A stretch of DNA of 64,000 nt from Candidatus Omnitrophota bacterium. Its GTDB lineage: Bacteria; Omnitrophota; Gorgyraeia; Gygaellales; UBA12090. The position numbers and the translations under genes are program-made. The notes beneath the pieces were generated by a model. That model was not told where the DNA came from, did not search any database, and worked only from the letters and a program-made list of their open reading frames with translations. Below, in pieces: positions 53,941 through 63,461 of the stretch. Each line of letters starts with the position of its first letter. Positions within the stretch are counted from its first letter, which is position 1. The stretch spans positions 74,682-138,681 of the forward strand of contig JAUSCZ010000035.1 of assembly GCA_030674475.1 (NCBI GenBank), in the 5' to 3' direction.

Positions 53941-55137
53941 CTATTTTTTACTTTTGATTTTTGATTTTTGATTTTCAAACGGCATCCCAAAAATCCGGAT
54001 AAACCCTTCGGAAAGTTTCTGGTCAAATTTGTCTTTCGCGGTATAGGTGGCTAATTCTTCCCGGTAGAGCGAACGCGGCGATTTTCTGCCCACCACACTG
54101 CAATTTCCCTTATACAACTTAAGCCTTACCGTGCCGCTGACTGTTTTTTGGGTTTCTTCAATAAACTTATCCAGGGCTGTCCTTAATTTGGAATACCACA
54201 GGCCGTAATAAATAAGCTCCGCGTATTTAAGGGCCACGGTTTCTTTGTAATGGCAGGTTTCCCGGTCCAGAACTAAAGCCTCTAATTCCCGGTGGGCGAT
54301 ATGCAGAATAGTCCCGGCCGGGGCCTCATAAATCTCCCGGGATTTTATCCCTACCAGCCGGTTTTCCATCATATCACTTCTGCCGATACCGTGGATTGAG
54401 CCTAGATTACACAGTTTATCAATCAATTCAAGAGGAGAACAACTCTTTCCGTTTATCTTTTTAGGGATTCCTCTTTCGAATTCTATCTCTACGTATACGG
54501 GCTTATTCGGGGCTTCTTCCGGCGAATTGGTCCACTGATAACAATCCTCCGGCGGACTTACCCAGGGGTCTTCTAAAACCCCGGATTCTATGGAAACCCC
54601 CCATAAATTCTTGTCTAAGCTGTAAGACTTTTTCTTGGTAACATCAATGGGAATTCTTTTGGCCTTAGCGTATTCTATCTCTTCTTCCCGGGATTTAAAC
54701 TCCCAAATTCTTACCGGGGCGATAATTTCTAACTCAGGGTCAAGAATCCTGGAGGTAACCTCAAAGCGCACCTGGTCATTGCCTTTTCCGGTACAACCAT
54801 GGGCAATCGCGGCGGCCTTTTCCTTATGCGCCACCTCAACCAGATATTTGGCAATCAAAGGCCTGCCCAGCGCGGTAGCCAGGAGATATTTACCTTCATA
54901 AACCGCGTCTGCTTTTAAGGAAGGGAAAATAAAATCCTCAACAAATTCTTTTCTTAGGTCTTGGATATAAACCTTGGAAGCCCCTCCTAAAAGGGCGCGT
55001 TTTTCTATCTTTATAAAATCCTCGCCCTGTCCTAAGTCGGCAATAAAACAGATAACCTCATAACCCTTATCCTTAAGCCAATGCACCGCGCAAGAGGTAT
55101 CTAAACCGCCTGAATATGCCAATACCACCTTTTTCAT
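53941..55137 (-). CDS. argG: argininosuccinate synthase
   Basis: AYSGGLDTS PP-loop. Confidence 0.9.
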   Translation of the reverse strand: MKKVVLAYSGGLDTSCAVHWLKDKGYEVICFIADLGQGEDFIKIEKRALLGGASKVYIQDLRKEFVEDFIFPSLKADAVYEGKYLLATALGRPLIAKYLVEVAHKEKAAAIAHGCTGKGNDQVRFEVTSRILDPELEIIAPVRIWEFKSREEEIEYAKAKRIPIDVTKKKSYSLDKNLWGVSIESGVLEDPWVSPPEDCYQWTNSPEEAPNKPVYVEIEFERGIPKKINGKSCSPLELIDKLCNLGSIHGIGRSDMMENRLVGIKSREIYEAPAGTILHIAHRELEALVLDRETCHYKETVALKYAELIYYGLWYSKLRTALDKFIEETQKTVSGTVRLKLYKGNCSVVGRKSPRSLYREELATYTAKDKFDQKLSEGFIRIFGMPFENQKSKIKSKK

Positions 55138-56054
55138 ATTCCTCCTAATAACTTTAAAAGAATCGCCTTTTGCGCGTGCAATCTGTTTTCCGCTTGGTCA
55201 AAGACTACCGATTTTGAGGAATCAATCACCTCATCGGTTATTTCTTCTCCCCGGTGCGCCGGCAGACAATGCATAATCAAACAATTTTTCTTGGCGGAGG
55301 AAACAAGTTTTTGATTAATTTGATAATCCCGGAATATTTTCCTTCGCGCCTTGGCCTCTTTTTCCTGGCCCATGCTCGTCCAGACATCAGTATAAATCAC
55401 ATCCGCGTTTTTGCAAGCTTTTAATGGGTCGCGGCTTAAGCTGATCAAGGCCCCGGAAATCGAAGCCATACCCAAGGCCTCTTTAAAAACTGTCTTATCC
55501 GGCTCAAATTTTTTGGGTGTGGCGATATTCAGGTTTAAGCCGATTTTCGCGCAGCCGTAAAGAAGAGAATGGGTAACATTGTTACCATCGCCGCAATAAG
55601 TTAAGGTCCTGCCTTTAAACGAGCCGAATTTCTCTCTTATGGTATATAAATCCGCTAAGGCCTGGCAGGGATGCGAAAGGTCGGAAAGCCCGTTAATCAC
55701 CGGCACACTGGCGTATTTTGCCAGTTCTATAATATTCTTATGCTCAAAGGTCCGCAGAACTATTCCGTCAACATAGCGAGAGAGCGTCTGAGCCACATCC
55801 CTGATTGCCTCTCTCACCCCTAAATTTATTTCCCCCGGACCCAAATAAATGCTTAACCCCCCAAGCTGAAATATGCCCACCGCGAAAGATACCCTGGTCC
55901 TGTTGGACGGCTTCTGAAAAATAAGGGCCAGGGTCTTTCCTTTTAAACTCTGGGAGTATTTTTGCTTGTTTTCTTTAAGCTTGTCCGTAAGCAGAAAAAT
56001 CTCTTCTATTTCCTTCAAGCTTAAATCCTTAACTGATATTAAATCTTTTTTCAT
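55134..56054 (-). CDS. argF: ornithine carbamoyltransferase
   Basis: STRTR carbamoyl-phosphate motif and HCLP ornithine-binding motif. Confidence 0.85.
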   Translation of the reverse strand: MKKDLISVKDLSLKEIEEIFLLTDKLKENKQKYSQSLKGKTLALIFQKPSNRTRVSFAVGIFQLGGLSIYLGPGEINLGVREAIRDVAQTLSRYVDGIVLRTFEHKNIIELAKYASVPVINGLSDLSHPCQALADLYTIREKFGSFKGRTLTYCGDGNNVTHSLLYGCAKIGLNLNIATPKKFEPDKTVFKEALGMASISGALISLSRDPLKACKNADVIYTDVWTSMGQEKEAKARRKIFRDYQINQKLVSSAKKNCLIMHCLPAHRGEEITDEVIDSSKSVVFDQAENRLHAQKAILLKLLGGI

Positions 56055-56068
56055 TCTCTGGTTGCTGG

Positions 56069-57256
56069 TTACTGGTTTCTGGTTACTACAGTCAACACCA
56101 TATCCAATATCCCCACTGCCTTATCAATCTGCTTGCAAGTTACATTTAAGGCCGGCATCAGCCTTAAGACCGTTTCGTGAGTGCAGTTAATCAATAAACC
56201 TCTTTTAATACACTCCTCGACTACCGGCTTCCCTGCCGTATTCAGTTCAATGCCAATCATCAACCCCAGGCCGCGGACTTCTTTGATTATAGAATATTTC
56301 TTAGCCAACTCTGATAATCTCTTTTTTAAATATTCCCCCATTTCCCGGGCATTGGCAATCAGCTTTTCTTTACGCAGGGCCTTAAATACCCCTAAAGAGG
56401 CCCTACAGACCAGAGGGCTCCCTCCAAAGGTAGAGGCATGTCTTCCCGGGCCCAGGATATCAGCAATTTCTTTTCTCGCCACCATTGCTCCGATAGGTAA
56501 ACCCCCTCCCAGGGCCTTGGCTAAGGTCATTATATCCGGAGTGATTCCGTAGTGCTGATACGCGAACATCTTGGCAGTCCGGCCTAGGCCGGTCTGGACC
56601 TCATCCGCGATCAAAAGTATCTTTTTCTCATCGCAAAGCTTTCTTAAATATAAGACAAAATCCTGATCGGCAACATTTATCCCTCCTTCGCCCTGCACCA
56701 GCTCAATAATAATTCCCGCGGTTTTATCCGATAGCGCGTTTTTCAAGGCATCCCTGTCATTATAGGCAACGCTTTTAAAACCCTCAGGAAGCGGTTCGAA
56801 GCCCTCTTGATATTTGCTCTGACCGGTCATAGTCAGGGACGCCAGGGTCCTGCCGTGAAAGGAATTCTCAAATGAGATTATCTCATATCTGCCCGCGCCA
56901 TACGCCCGGGTGAGCTTTACCGCGGCCTCATTGGCCTCAGCCCCGGAATTGGCAAAAAACACCTTACCGGGAAAGGAGTGATAAATTATTTCTTTGGCTA
57001 ATTTTGCCTGGGGAATAGACAGGTAATTGTTAGGCAGATGAATCAGCTTATCTATCTGGTCCCGGACCGCCGAGACCACATCCGGATGGCAATGCCCCAA
57101 AGAACTCACCCCCCAGCCGGGAAAGAAATCCAGGTATTCCTTGCCGTCAACATCAATAACCTTCATCCCCTTTCCTTTGACAAAAATCAAAGGTATCCGG
57201 GTATAGGTAGGCATGATGTAATCCTGATAGGCCTGAAAGATTTCTTGCTTCTTCAT
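56069..57256 (-). CDS. argD: acetylornithine aminotransferase (class III)
   Basis: Class III PLP-aminotransferase signature (...ADEVQTGLGRTA...). Confidence 0.85.
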   Translation of the reverse strand: MKKQEIFQAYQDYIMPTYTRIPLIFVKGKGMKVIDVDGKEYLDFFPGWGVSSLGHCHPDVVSAVRDQIDKLIHLPNNYLSIPQAKLAKEIIYHSFPGKVFFANSGAEANEAAVKLTRAYGAGRYEIISFENSFHGRTLASLTMTGQSKYQEGFEPLPEGFKSVAYNDRDALKNALSDKTAGIIIELVQGEGGINVADQDFVLYLRKLCDEKKILLIADEVQTGLGRTAKMFAYQHYGITPDIMTLAKALGGGLPIGAMVARKEIADILGPGRHASTFGGSPLVCRASLGVFKALRKEKLIANAREMGEYLKKRLSELAKKYSIIKEVRGLGLMIGIELNTAGKPVVEECIKRGLLINCTHETVLRLMPALNVTCKQIDKAVGILDMVLTVVTRNQ

Positions 57257-57302
57257 CTAATTTTTAGATCGTAATTTTGCGTTTTTAGTTTTAACTTTTA
57301 AC

Positions 57303-58157
57303 TTATTTAATGATTTCGGTGCCGATTCCCTGCTTGGTAAAGATCTCTAAGAGCAAGGCGTGGGGAATCCGGGCATCTATAATATGGGTCTTCTTTACCG
57401 TGGCCTCTAAAGCGGATATACAGCTCTTCACCTTAGGGATCATCCCTTGATGCACTGCCCCTTCCTTAATCAAACCATTGGCCTCGGAAATAGTCAAGGT
57501 GGAAATAAGCGAACTAGTGTCTGAGGTAGAGCGCATAATTCCCCGCACATTAGTCAAAACTACTAATTTTTCCGCGCACAGGCTGGAGGCAACCCTGGAG
57601 GCCGCCTCATCAGCATTAATATTATAGGTTTTTCCGTCTTTGCCTTTTCCCATCGGACACAATACCGGGATAGAGTAATTCTTAGTTTCCCGAAGTATCG
57701 GCTCAGTATCTATCGCTTCCACCTCCCCCACCAGGCCCAAATCCTTAGCCTCTTGTCTTTTACGGGCTAAGATTACCCCGCTATCTTTACTGGAGAACCC
57801 TGTCGCCTTTTGGCCTAATTCCTGAAGCTCCGAAACAATTATCGCGTTAAGCTTCTCCAGCTCTTCCTCGACCACCGCCAGGGTCTTCGCGTCAGTAACC
57901 CGCATCCCGTCCACAAACTCGGTCTTCATACCCTCCTGCTTCATCCTCTCGGATATATTCGGCCCGCCGCCGTGAACCAGGACCGGGCACAAACCCATAT
58001 AGCTTAAGAAAACTATATCCTCCAAAACCCCCTGGCGGATTTTTTCATCGCCTAAAATGCTCCCACCATATTTTATCACCATCACCTTGCGGTGAAATTC
58101 CTTAATATAAGGCAAAGCCTCAATCAAAACATCCGCTTTTCTAATCGCGTCTTCCAT
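57303..58157 (-). CDS. argB: acetylglutamate kinase
   Basis: Amino-acid kinase family (VIKYGGS...VLVHGGGP). Confidence 0.85.
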   Translation of the reverse strand: MEDAIRKADVLIEALPYIKEFHRKVMVIKYGGSILGDEKIRQGVLEDIVFLSYMGLCPVLVHGGGPNISERMKQEGMKTEFVDGMRVTDAKTLAVVEEELEKLNAIIVSELQELGQKATGFSSKDSGVILARKRQEAKDLGLVGEVEAIDTEPILRETKNYSIPVLCPMGKGKDGKTYNINADEAASRVASSLCAEKLVVLTNVRGIMRSTSDTSSLISTLTISEANGLIKEGAVHQGMIPKVKSCISALEATVKKTHIIDARIPHALLLEIFTKQGIGTEIIK

Positions 58158-58243
58158 GTGCCCTCGCTCCGCTCGGGAGAAACCAGAGGCCAGTTGCCAG
58201 AGACCAGATTTTTCTGGTTACTGGTTACTGGTTTCTGGTTACT
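58158..58243. repeat. 5'-UTR heptamer-repeat element copy 2 (same as 8346-8435), immediately upstream of argB ATG
   Basis: CCCTCGCTCCGCTCGGGAGAAACCAGAGGCCAGTTGCCAGAGACCAGATTTTTCTGGTTACTGGTTACTGGTTTCTGGTTACT. Confidence 0.75.
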
Positions 58244-59379
58244 TAGTTATATTTCGCGTTTATCCTGATATATTCCGGGGTCAGGTCTGAAGTGTAAACT
58301 ACGGCCTTACCTCTGCCAAGTCTTAAATCTATCTTGACTATTATATCCTTTTTCCGGAAAGAATCACCCTCTATTTTTATTTTTTCTCTTACCTCTACCC
58401 CGGATGCCCCCACCGCCGCCACTATCCTTCCCCAGTTAGCGCCTCCGCCGTAAACAGCGGTCTTGAAAAGATTGGAATTGGCCACGGCCAAAGCCGCTTT
58501 TTTAGCCTGCGTATTATCCTTGGCTCCGGATACCTGAATAGTTATAAACTTGCTGGCTCCTTCAGCATCCAAAATAATCATCTTGGCTAAACCCAGGCAA
58601 ATTTCACTTAAGGCAGTTTTAAATTTAGAAAAATTACGCGTGCCTAAACAGACTTTCTTGTTTTCCGCTAACCCGTTAGCCAAAATAATCACGCTGTCAT
58701 TAGTGCTCATACATCCGTCAATAGTAATCATATTAAAAGAATATTCAACTGCCTGCTTCAAGGCCTCTTTTAATGCCGAATACTCGATCAAGACATCCGT
58801 AGTGATAAAGCAAAGCATCGTAGCCATATCCGGAGCAATCATTCCCGCGCCCTTGGCAATTGCCCCGATAGTTACTTTTTTTCCGCCTATCTCTAACTCC
58901 CGCGCTAAGGCCTTGGGCTTAGTATCGGTAGTCATTATAGCCTGGGCTGTCTTATTACCGCTGCTTCTATCTAAAGAGCCAACCAAAGACGGCAAGGCCT
59001 TCTTTATCTTGGAGAAATCAAGCGGACGGCCAATAATTCCGGTTGAGGCAACCAGCACCATTTTTTTATCTATTCCCAACAACTCCGCGCTAAGGCAGGT
59101 GGTGTTCTTGGCCGTTTCCATTCCCGGCTTTCCGGTATAGCAATTAGCATTCCCACTGTTGACTATTATAGCTTGGGCTTTTTTTGATTTCAGATATTCC
59201 CGGCAAAGCTCAACCGGAGCCGCGGCAAACTTATTTTTGGTAAACATACCACAGGCGGATGCCGGGACATCGGAATATATCAAAGCCAAATCCAGGCCGC
59301 TGGATTTCTTTATCCCCGCCTCTATTGCCTGAGATCTAAACCCCTTAGCCAGGGTTATAGCGTTTTTATACTCTTTCAT
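58243..59379 (-). CDS. argJ: bifunctional ornithine acetyltransferase / N-acetylglutamate synthase
   Basis: ATMLCFITTD autoproteolytic site region. Confidence 0.85.
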   Translation of the reverse strand: MKEYKNAITLAKGFRSQAIEAGIKKSSGLDLALIYSDVPASACGMFTKNKFAAAPVELCREYLKSKKAQAIIVNSGNANCYTGKPGMETAKNTTCLSAELLGIDKKMVLVASTGIIGRPLDFSKIKKALPSLVGSLDRSSGNKTAQAIMTTDTKPKALARELEIGGKKVTIGAIAKGAGMIAPDMATMLCFITTDVLIEYSALKEALKQAVEYSFNMITIDGCMSTNDSVIILANGLAENKKVCLGTRNFSKFKTALSEICLGLAKMIILDAEGASKFITIQVSGAKDNTQAKKAALAVANSNLFKTAVYGGGANWGRIVAAVGASGVEVREKIKIEGDSFRKKDIIVKIDLRLGRGKAVVYTSDLTPEYIRINAKYN

Positions 59380-60440
59380 ACCCCTCCCCGCCTCCCCTTG
59401 TTAAGGGGAAGATTTCTTAACAGGCCCTCGGTTTCTTTAAAGCCGCAGAGCAAATTCATATTCTGCACTGCTTGAGCCGAAGCGCCCTTAAGCAAATTAT
59501 CTATCGCGGAAATTATAATAATTGTTTTCTGATCCGTACTAATCTTAACGCCGATATCGCAAAAGCTGGTTCCCTGAACATCCCTCAAACAAGGAAATTC
59601 GCCTTCGTTTTTTATCCTCACCAAAGGCTTATCCTTATAGTATTTTTTATAAATATTTATTAACTGGTGGCTGGTGGCTGGTGGCTGATGGCTGACTTTC
59701 ATATATATCGTTTCCAAAATTCCCCTTTCTATGGGCAAAAGATGGGGAACAAAGGTAACCTTTATCTTTTTCTTGGCCAGCTTAGACAGCTCCTGCTCTA
59801 TTTCAGGCGTATGCTGATGGGCATCAACCTTATAGGCCTTGAAATTGTCCTTTAGTTCGAGCCAGAAAGGATCATCCGCCGGCTTTCTGCCGGCTCCGCT
59901 GTAACCGCTTTTGGCATCAATAATAATCTCTCGCGGGCTAAGTTTTTCTTTTAATAAGGGAGCCAGGGCCAAAATCGCCGCGGTGGGGTAACATCCGGGA
60001 TTAGCTATAAAATCCGCCTTTTCTATCTTTAAACCGTTAATCTCCGGCAAGCCATAAATTGCCTTTTTAATATTCGCCTTATCCTTATGCTTGACCTTAT
60101 ACCAGGCTTCATAAAGCTCCCAGTCATTCAGCCGGTAATCCGCGCTTAAATCAATAACCTTTTTCCCTCCCCTTAGCAGGACGGGAACCACATCCATAGA
60201 GTTGGTATGCGGCAAGGCCAGGAAAAACAAATCCGCGGATTGGACGGCCTTAGTTAGATTAAGATTATCGCAATACAGATCCAACCGGCCCTTAAATTGA
60301 GGAAAAATTTCAGCTATCGGAACCGGCTTATCCAGCCTGGCCGTGAGATAACTTATCTTTACCTGGGGATGTCTTAACAAAATCCTGATTAACTCTTCCC
60401 CGGTATATCCCCTTACCCCGATTATTCCTACCCTCACCAT
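59376..60440 (-). CDS. argC: N-acetyl-gamma-glutamyl-phosphate reductase
   Basis: Semialdehyde dehydrogenase family (GVRGYTG, active-site Cys region). Carries two embedded repeat tracts: a (CTGGTGG)n run at 59664-59694 and the SD-hairpin module at 59380-59424. Confidence 0.85.
   Translation of the reverse strand: MVRVGIIGVRGYTGEELIRILLRHPQVKISYLTARLDKPVPIAEIFPQFKGRLDLYCDNLNLTKAVQSADLFFLALPHTNSMDVVPVLLRGGKKVIDLSADYRLNDWELYEAWYKVKHKDKANIKKAIYGLPEINGLKIEKADFIANPGCYPTAAILALAPLLKEKLSPREIIIDAKSGYSGAGRKPADDPFWLELKDNFKAYKVDAHQHTPEIEQELSKLAKKKIKVTFVPHLLPIERGILETIYMKVSHQPPATSHQLINIYKKYYKDKPLVRIKNEGEFPCLRDVQGTSFCDIGVKISTDQKTIIIISAIDNLLKGASAQAVQNMNLLCGFKETEGLLRNLPLNKGRRGGV
59380..59424. repeat. SD-hairpin module copy embedded in the 3' end of argC, supplying the argC C-terminus (LLRNLPLNKGRRGGV*) and the RBS/start of argJ
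   Basis: ACCCCTCCCCGCCTCCCCTTGTTAAGGGGAAGATTTCTTAACAGG. The argC TGA stop overlaps the argJ ATG (ATGA). Confidence 0.8.
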
Positions 60441-60556
60441 AATAATTTCCTATTTTCTTACTCTCGCATTCTCTTACTAATCAATCCGCTTAACTTTATC
60501 AATATATCATAATCCGTAATGAAATCAATGTTTTTTTCGTCGGTAAAATAAAAAGT

Positions 60557-60585
60557 CCCGCTTAAAACAAGCGGGACTTTTCCAT
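60557..60585 (-). terminator. rho-independent terminator after rpsI (GUCCCGCUU-loop-AAGCGGGAC followed by U-run)
   Basis: Read from the sequence; lies downstream of the rpsI stop on the minus strand. Confidence 0.7.
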
Positions 60586-60621
60586 ATCTTAGCTCTGAGC
60601 TCTTAACTCTTAGTTCTGTTT

Positions 60622-61017
60622 TTACCTCTTAGTCCACTGGAAGCGTTTACGCGCGCCTTTTTGGCCGTATTTCTTACGCTCCTTCATCCGCGAATCCCGG
60701 GTTAAGAAATTTCCTTTTCTAAGAATTGTCTTGTAGGCAGGATCAACATCAAGAAGAGCCCTGGCAATTCCTAAGCGCAAGGCTCCGGCCTGGCCGGATA
60801 ATCCGCCGCCGCAAAGGTTAGCAAAACAATCAAATTTATTTAAGGTATTAGTTATTTGAAAAGGCTGTTTGATTAAAATCCTGTCGGTTTCCCGGCCAAA
60901 GTATTTATCTATGGAAGATTTATTAACTACTATCTTTCCTTTTCCGGGCATCAGCCTGACCCTGGCTATGGCCTCTTTACGCCTTCCGCAGGCGGAATAA
61001 GTAACTGCTGAATCCAT
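60622..61017 (-). CDS. rpsI: 30S ribosomal protein S9
   Basis: GRRKEAIARVRL...GGGLSGQAGA...ARKRFQ. Confidence 0.95.
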   Translation of the reverse strand: MDSAVTYSACGRRKEAIARVRLMPGKGKIVVNKSSIDKYFGRETDRILIKQPFQITNTLNKFDCFANLCGGGLSGQAGALRLGIARALLDVDPAYKTILRKGNFLTRDSRMKERKKYGQKGARKRFQWTKR

Positions 61018-61062
61018 TATTTACCTCCAATGAACACGTAACTTATAGAACAAAGTGCCCCA

Positions 61063-61536
61063 TTACCCACGAGCGGATTTCGAAGAAATGCGCGAAGTTT
61101 TTTGGTAATCGGGCAATGCAATCGGCTTGATTGATGTATAGGGATGTTTATCCTGGGCATAAATCTTAAGTTTCTTGAGCAAATCCCTGCCTAAGGGCCC
61201 TCCGGGGAGCATCCTTTGCACTGCCAATTTTATCACCTGGGTAGGCGCCTTTTTTAGCATATCCTCTAAATAGACCTCCCTCAAGCCAGCGGGATAACCG
61301 GAATACCGGCGGTAGACCTTTTGAGCCAGCTTTCTTCCGGTAACCTTAATCTTAGCGGCATTGATGATAATAACATTATCTCCGCAGTCAATGTTGGAAG
61401 TGAACCGCGGCTTGTGCTTGCCGCGTAAAACCTTGGCCACCTCAACCGCCAGCCGGCCTAAGATTTTATCCTTGGCATCAGCTATATACCAGCTTCTTTT
61501 AAAATCGCCTTTTTTGGCTAAATATGTCTTTTGCAT
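61063..61536 (-). CDS. rplM: 50S ribosomal protein L13
   Basis: WYIADAKDKILGRLA...LRGKHKP. Confidence 0.95.
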   Translation of the reverse strand: MQKTYLAKKGDFKRSWYIADAKDKILGRLAVEVAKVLRGKHKPRFTSNIDCGDNVIIINAAKIKVTGRKLAQKVYRRYSGYPAGLREVYLEDMLKKAPTQVIKLAVQRMLPGGPLGRDLLKKLKIYAQDKHPYTSIKPIALPDYQKTSRISSKSARG

Positions 61537-61662
61537 AAGATATTAATTATATCTTATTTTTAATCTTTGTCAATATATTTATGAAAATTATTTTGGAAGG
61601 CTCTTTCCTCAGAAAACCACCCCATGTCAAATCATTTCACATTTCAAAAGCTTTTGCTTTAC

Positions 61663-62220
61663 CTACTTTCCTTGAGGTCTGACCCCCGCTTTTATAATCT
61701 TTTCCGGTTTTCTCAATTTATCAGTAAAGACCTCTACATTCTTATTAAAAATAAATATCGCGGTGTCTCGGGGAGAATTCTTTACTGCCTGATTAGCCGC
61801 TCTAATTATATCTTTTGCCTTCAAGGAAAATTTCCCGGCTATAAAAAGAGAATCATTCAAATCCGCTTCAGTGCCCCGTCTAAGCTTGGCAATAACAAAA
61901 TCTATTGGGGAGAGCACCTTTACCTTTAATTTATCATCCGAATAAACAGTTGTTGCCCTTTTTTTGTATCCCGGAGGCAAGGAAATAAGCGACCATCTGG
62001 ATATGTCTTCGCCGATATCAGAAGGGATTCTATTCTTTCTTAAGAAATCTGAGAGCTTGTCCACATCGCCTTTCACCTCGGCGTCAATATCCAGGGTAGC
62101 TTTACCCCGCAGGCCGTAATATTCCAGGCTTAAACCGCCGATGAGAATAATCTCCAAGCGGCTATCCCTGGAGAATTTCTTCAGCAATTGAATAACATTA
62201 TCTAATTTAATCCCGGACAA
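61663..62220 (-). CDS. small nucleotidyltransferase-fold protein (minimal MNT / DUF6036-like)
   Basis: LIGGLSLEYYG...TLDIDAEV (the GG...DxD nucleotidyltransferase signature). Confidence 0.5.
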   Translation of the reverse strand: MSGIKLDNVIQLLKKFSRDSRLEIILIGGLSLEYYGLRGKATLDIDAEVKGDVDKLSDFLRKNRIPSDIGEDISRWSLISLPPGYKKRATTVYSDDKLKVKVLSPIDFVIAKLRRGTEADLNDSLFIAGKFSLKAKDIIRAANQAVKNSPRDTAIFIFNKNVEVFTDKLRKPEKIIKAGVRPQGK

Positions 62221-62539
62221 AGTTTAAGGCCTCCTGGAACCTTCTATACTCCGCAAAATCAACTTTTCCCCTTCTAAATTCCAACGGCTCCCTCTTTAGG
62301 CAGCCGTTAATCAAACTCTTAAAGCTATGATACCACACACAGGCCTTTACATAAGCTTCTTTTACGGCTGAATATTTTATCTCCTTCCAGCAAATACCGT
62401 CGTTAAAGAGTATCTCTAACCATAGAAGCGAGCTACTCTTATCATCCTTAAGCGCCTGCTTAAGGGTTTCTTTCCCAGTATAAAAGGGAATTATCTTTAA
62501 TTTATTTTTTACTATTTCTTTTCTTTTAACCGTAGGCAT
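62207..62539 (-). CDS. hypothetical protein, upstream partner overlapping the nucleotidyltransferase gene by 14 nt
   Basis: 110 aa with no recognizable motif. The coupled arrangement suggests a two-gene module. Confidence 0.4.
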   Translation of the reverse strand: MPTVKRKEIVKNKLKIIPFYTGKETLKQALKDDKSSSLLWLEILFNDGICWKEIKYSAVKEAYVKACVWYHSFKSLINGCLKREPLEFRRGKVDFAEYRRFQEALNFVRD

Positions 62540-62616
62540 AATATTTTAAACCATCGAACAAAGGAACAAAGAAGAACAAAGAAGACGCTTTATATAACTT
62601 ATTAATAGGCAATAAA

Positions 62617-63303
62617 TTACCTATTAACTATTTCTCTTCGCGGCCTACCATTCCGAGGCATAAATACTCCTCGCTCTAATACTAATCTTCTTAAGAATTC
62701 ACCTGAACCCAGCGGTTTTTCAAAATCATCAAATAATTCCTCTTCTTTTTCATCAAATTCCAGTAGAAAACTCTGATATTTCAATCTTCTTCCTTCAGCC
62801 GTTAGTCCAAAAGTGGCAAATAAAGGATTCTCCTCTGTAAGACTGTCCACTTTACCATAAATATAATATGCCGCGCTGCTAAACGGATATTCAGCCGCTG
62901 ACTGAACAAGCCCGGCATTAATCGGATTTCTCTCAATATATCTTCCGCAGGTTAATAGATATTCTTCCTTCTCGACAGCCTGGCATTTAAATCTACCCTG
63001 AAAAAGATGCCCAACGGAGTTATATTTTTTATGATAATAGTAAACATAAGAACGCGCGATACCGGCCATAATGGACGATATTTCTTTAGGATTATCCAAC
63101 GCCAGCAGGAGATGGTAGTGATTAGACATAATGACCCAGTGATGAATCCTTAAGTTACGCTGGCGGGTATATTTAGTTAATATCTCAATAAAACGGTTAT
63201 AATCTTCGTTATCATGGAAAATATTATTCTTGGCGTTTCCTCTATTAAAGATATGATAGATCAGCGACCCAGTTATACTATAAGAACGGGCTGTATAAGG
63301 CAT
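62617..63303 (-). CDS. IS200/IS605-family Y1 (HUH) transposase, REP-associated tyrosine transposase (RAYT)-like
   Basis: HUH motif (SNHYHLLL), a downstream catalytic Tyr region (YVYYYHKKY), and a ~228 aa size. Confidence 0.7.
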   Translation of the reverse strand: MPYTARSYSITGSLIYHIFNRGNAKNNIFHDNEDYNRFIEILTKYTRQRNLRIHHWVIMSNHYHLLLALDNPKEISSIMAGIARSYVYYYHKKYNSVGHLFQGRFKCQAVEKEEYLLTCGRYIERNPINAGLVQSAAEYPFSSAAYYIYGKVDSLTEENPLFATFGLTAEGRRLKYQSFLLEFDEKEEELFDDFEKPLGSGEFLRRLVLERGVFMPRNGRPRREIVNR

Positions 63304-63370
63304 AGATTAAACTATATTGGAGAATGATAATGTTGTCAAATAGTTTTTGTGTATCTATAAGGTATTCAAT

Positions 63371-63445
63371 TTGTTATGTAAAGCGTCTTCTTAAAACTTT
63401 AAAAATTTGTTATGTAAAGCGTCTTCTTAAACTTTTAAATTTTAA
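63371..63445. repeat. tandem direct repeat (AATTTGTTATGTAAAGCGTCTTCTTAAAACTTTAAA x2) upstream of the transposase gene
   Basis: Read from the sequence. Confidence 0.7.
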
Positions 63446-63461
63446 ACTTTCTTAAACTACC

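Larger units (their letters stand above)
62570..63445. mobile_element. putative RAYT/IS200-like unit bounded by inverted copies of AAGAAGACGCTTTA (left 62581-62594; right 63388-63401 and 63421-63434)
   Basis: Flank inverted repeats read from the sequence. A hairpin TTAATAGG-N10-CCTATTAA lies at 62598-62623. Confidence 0.45.
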
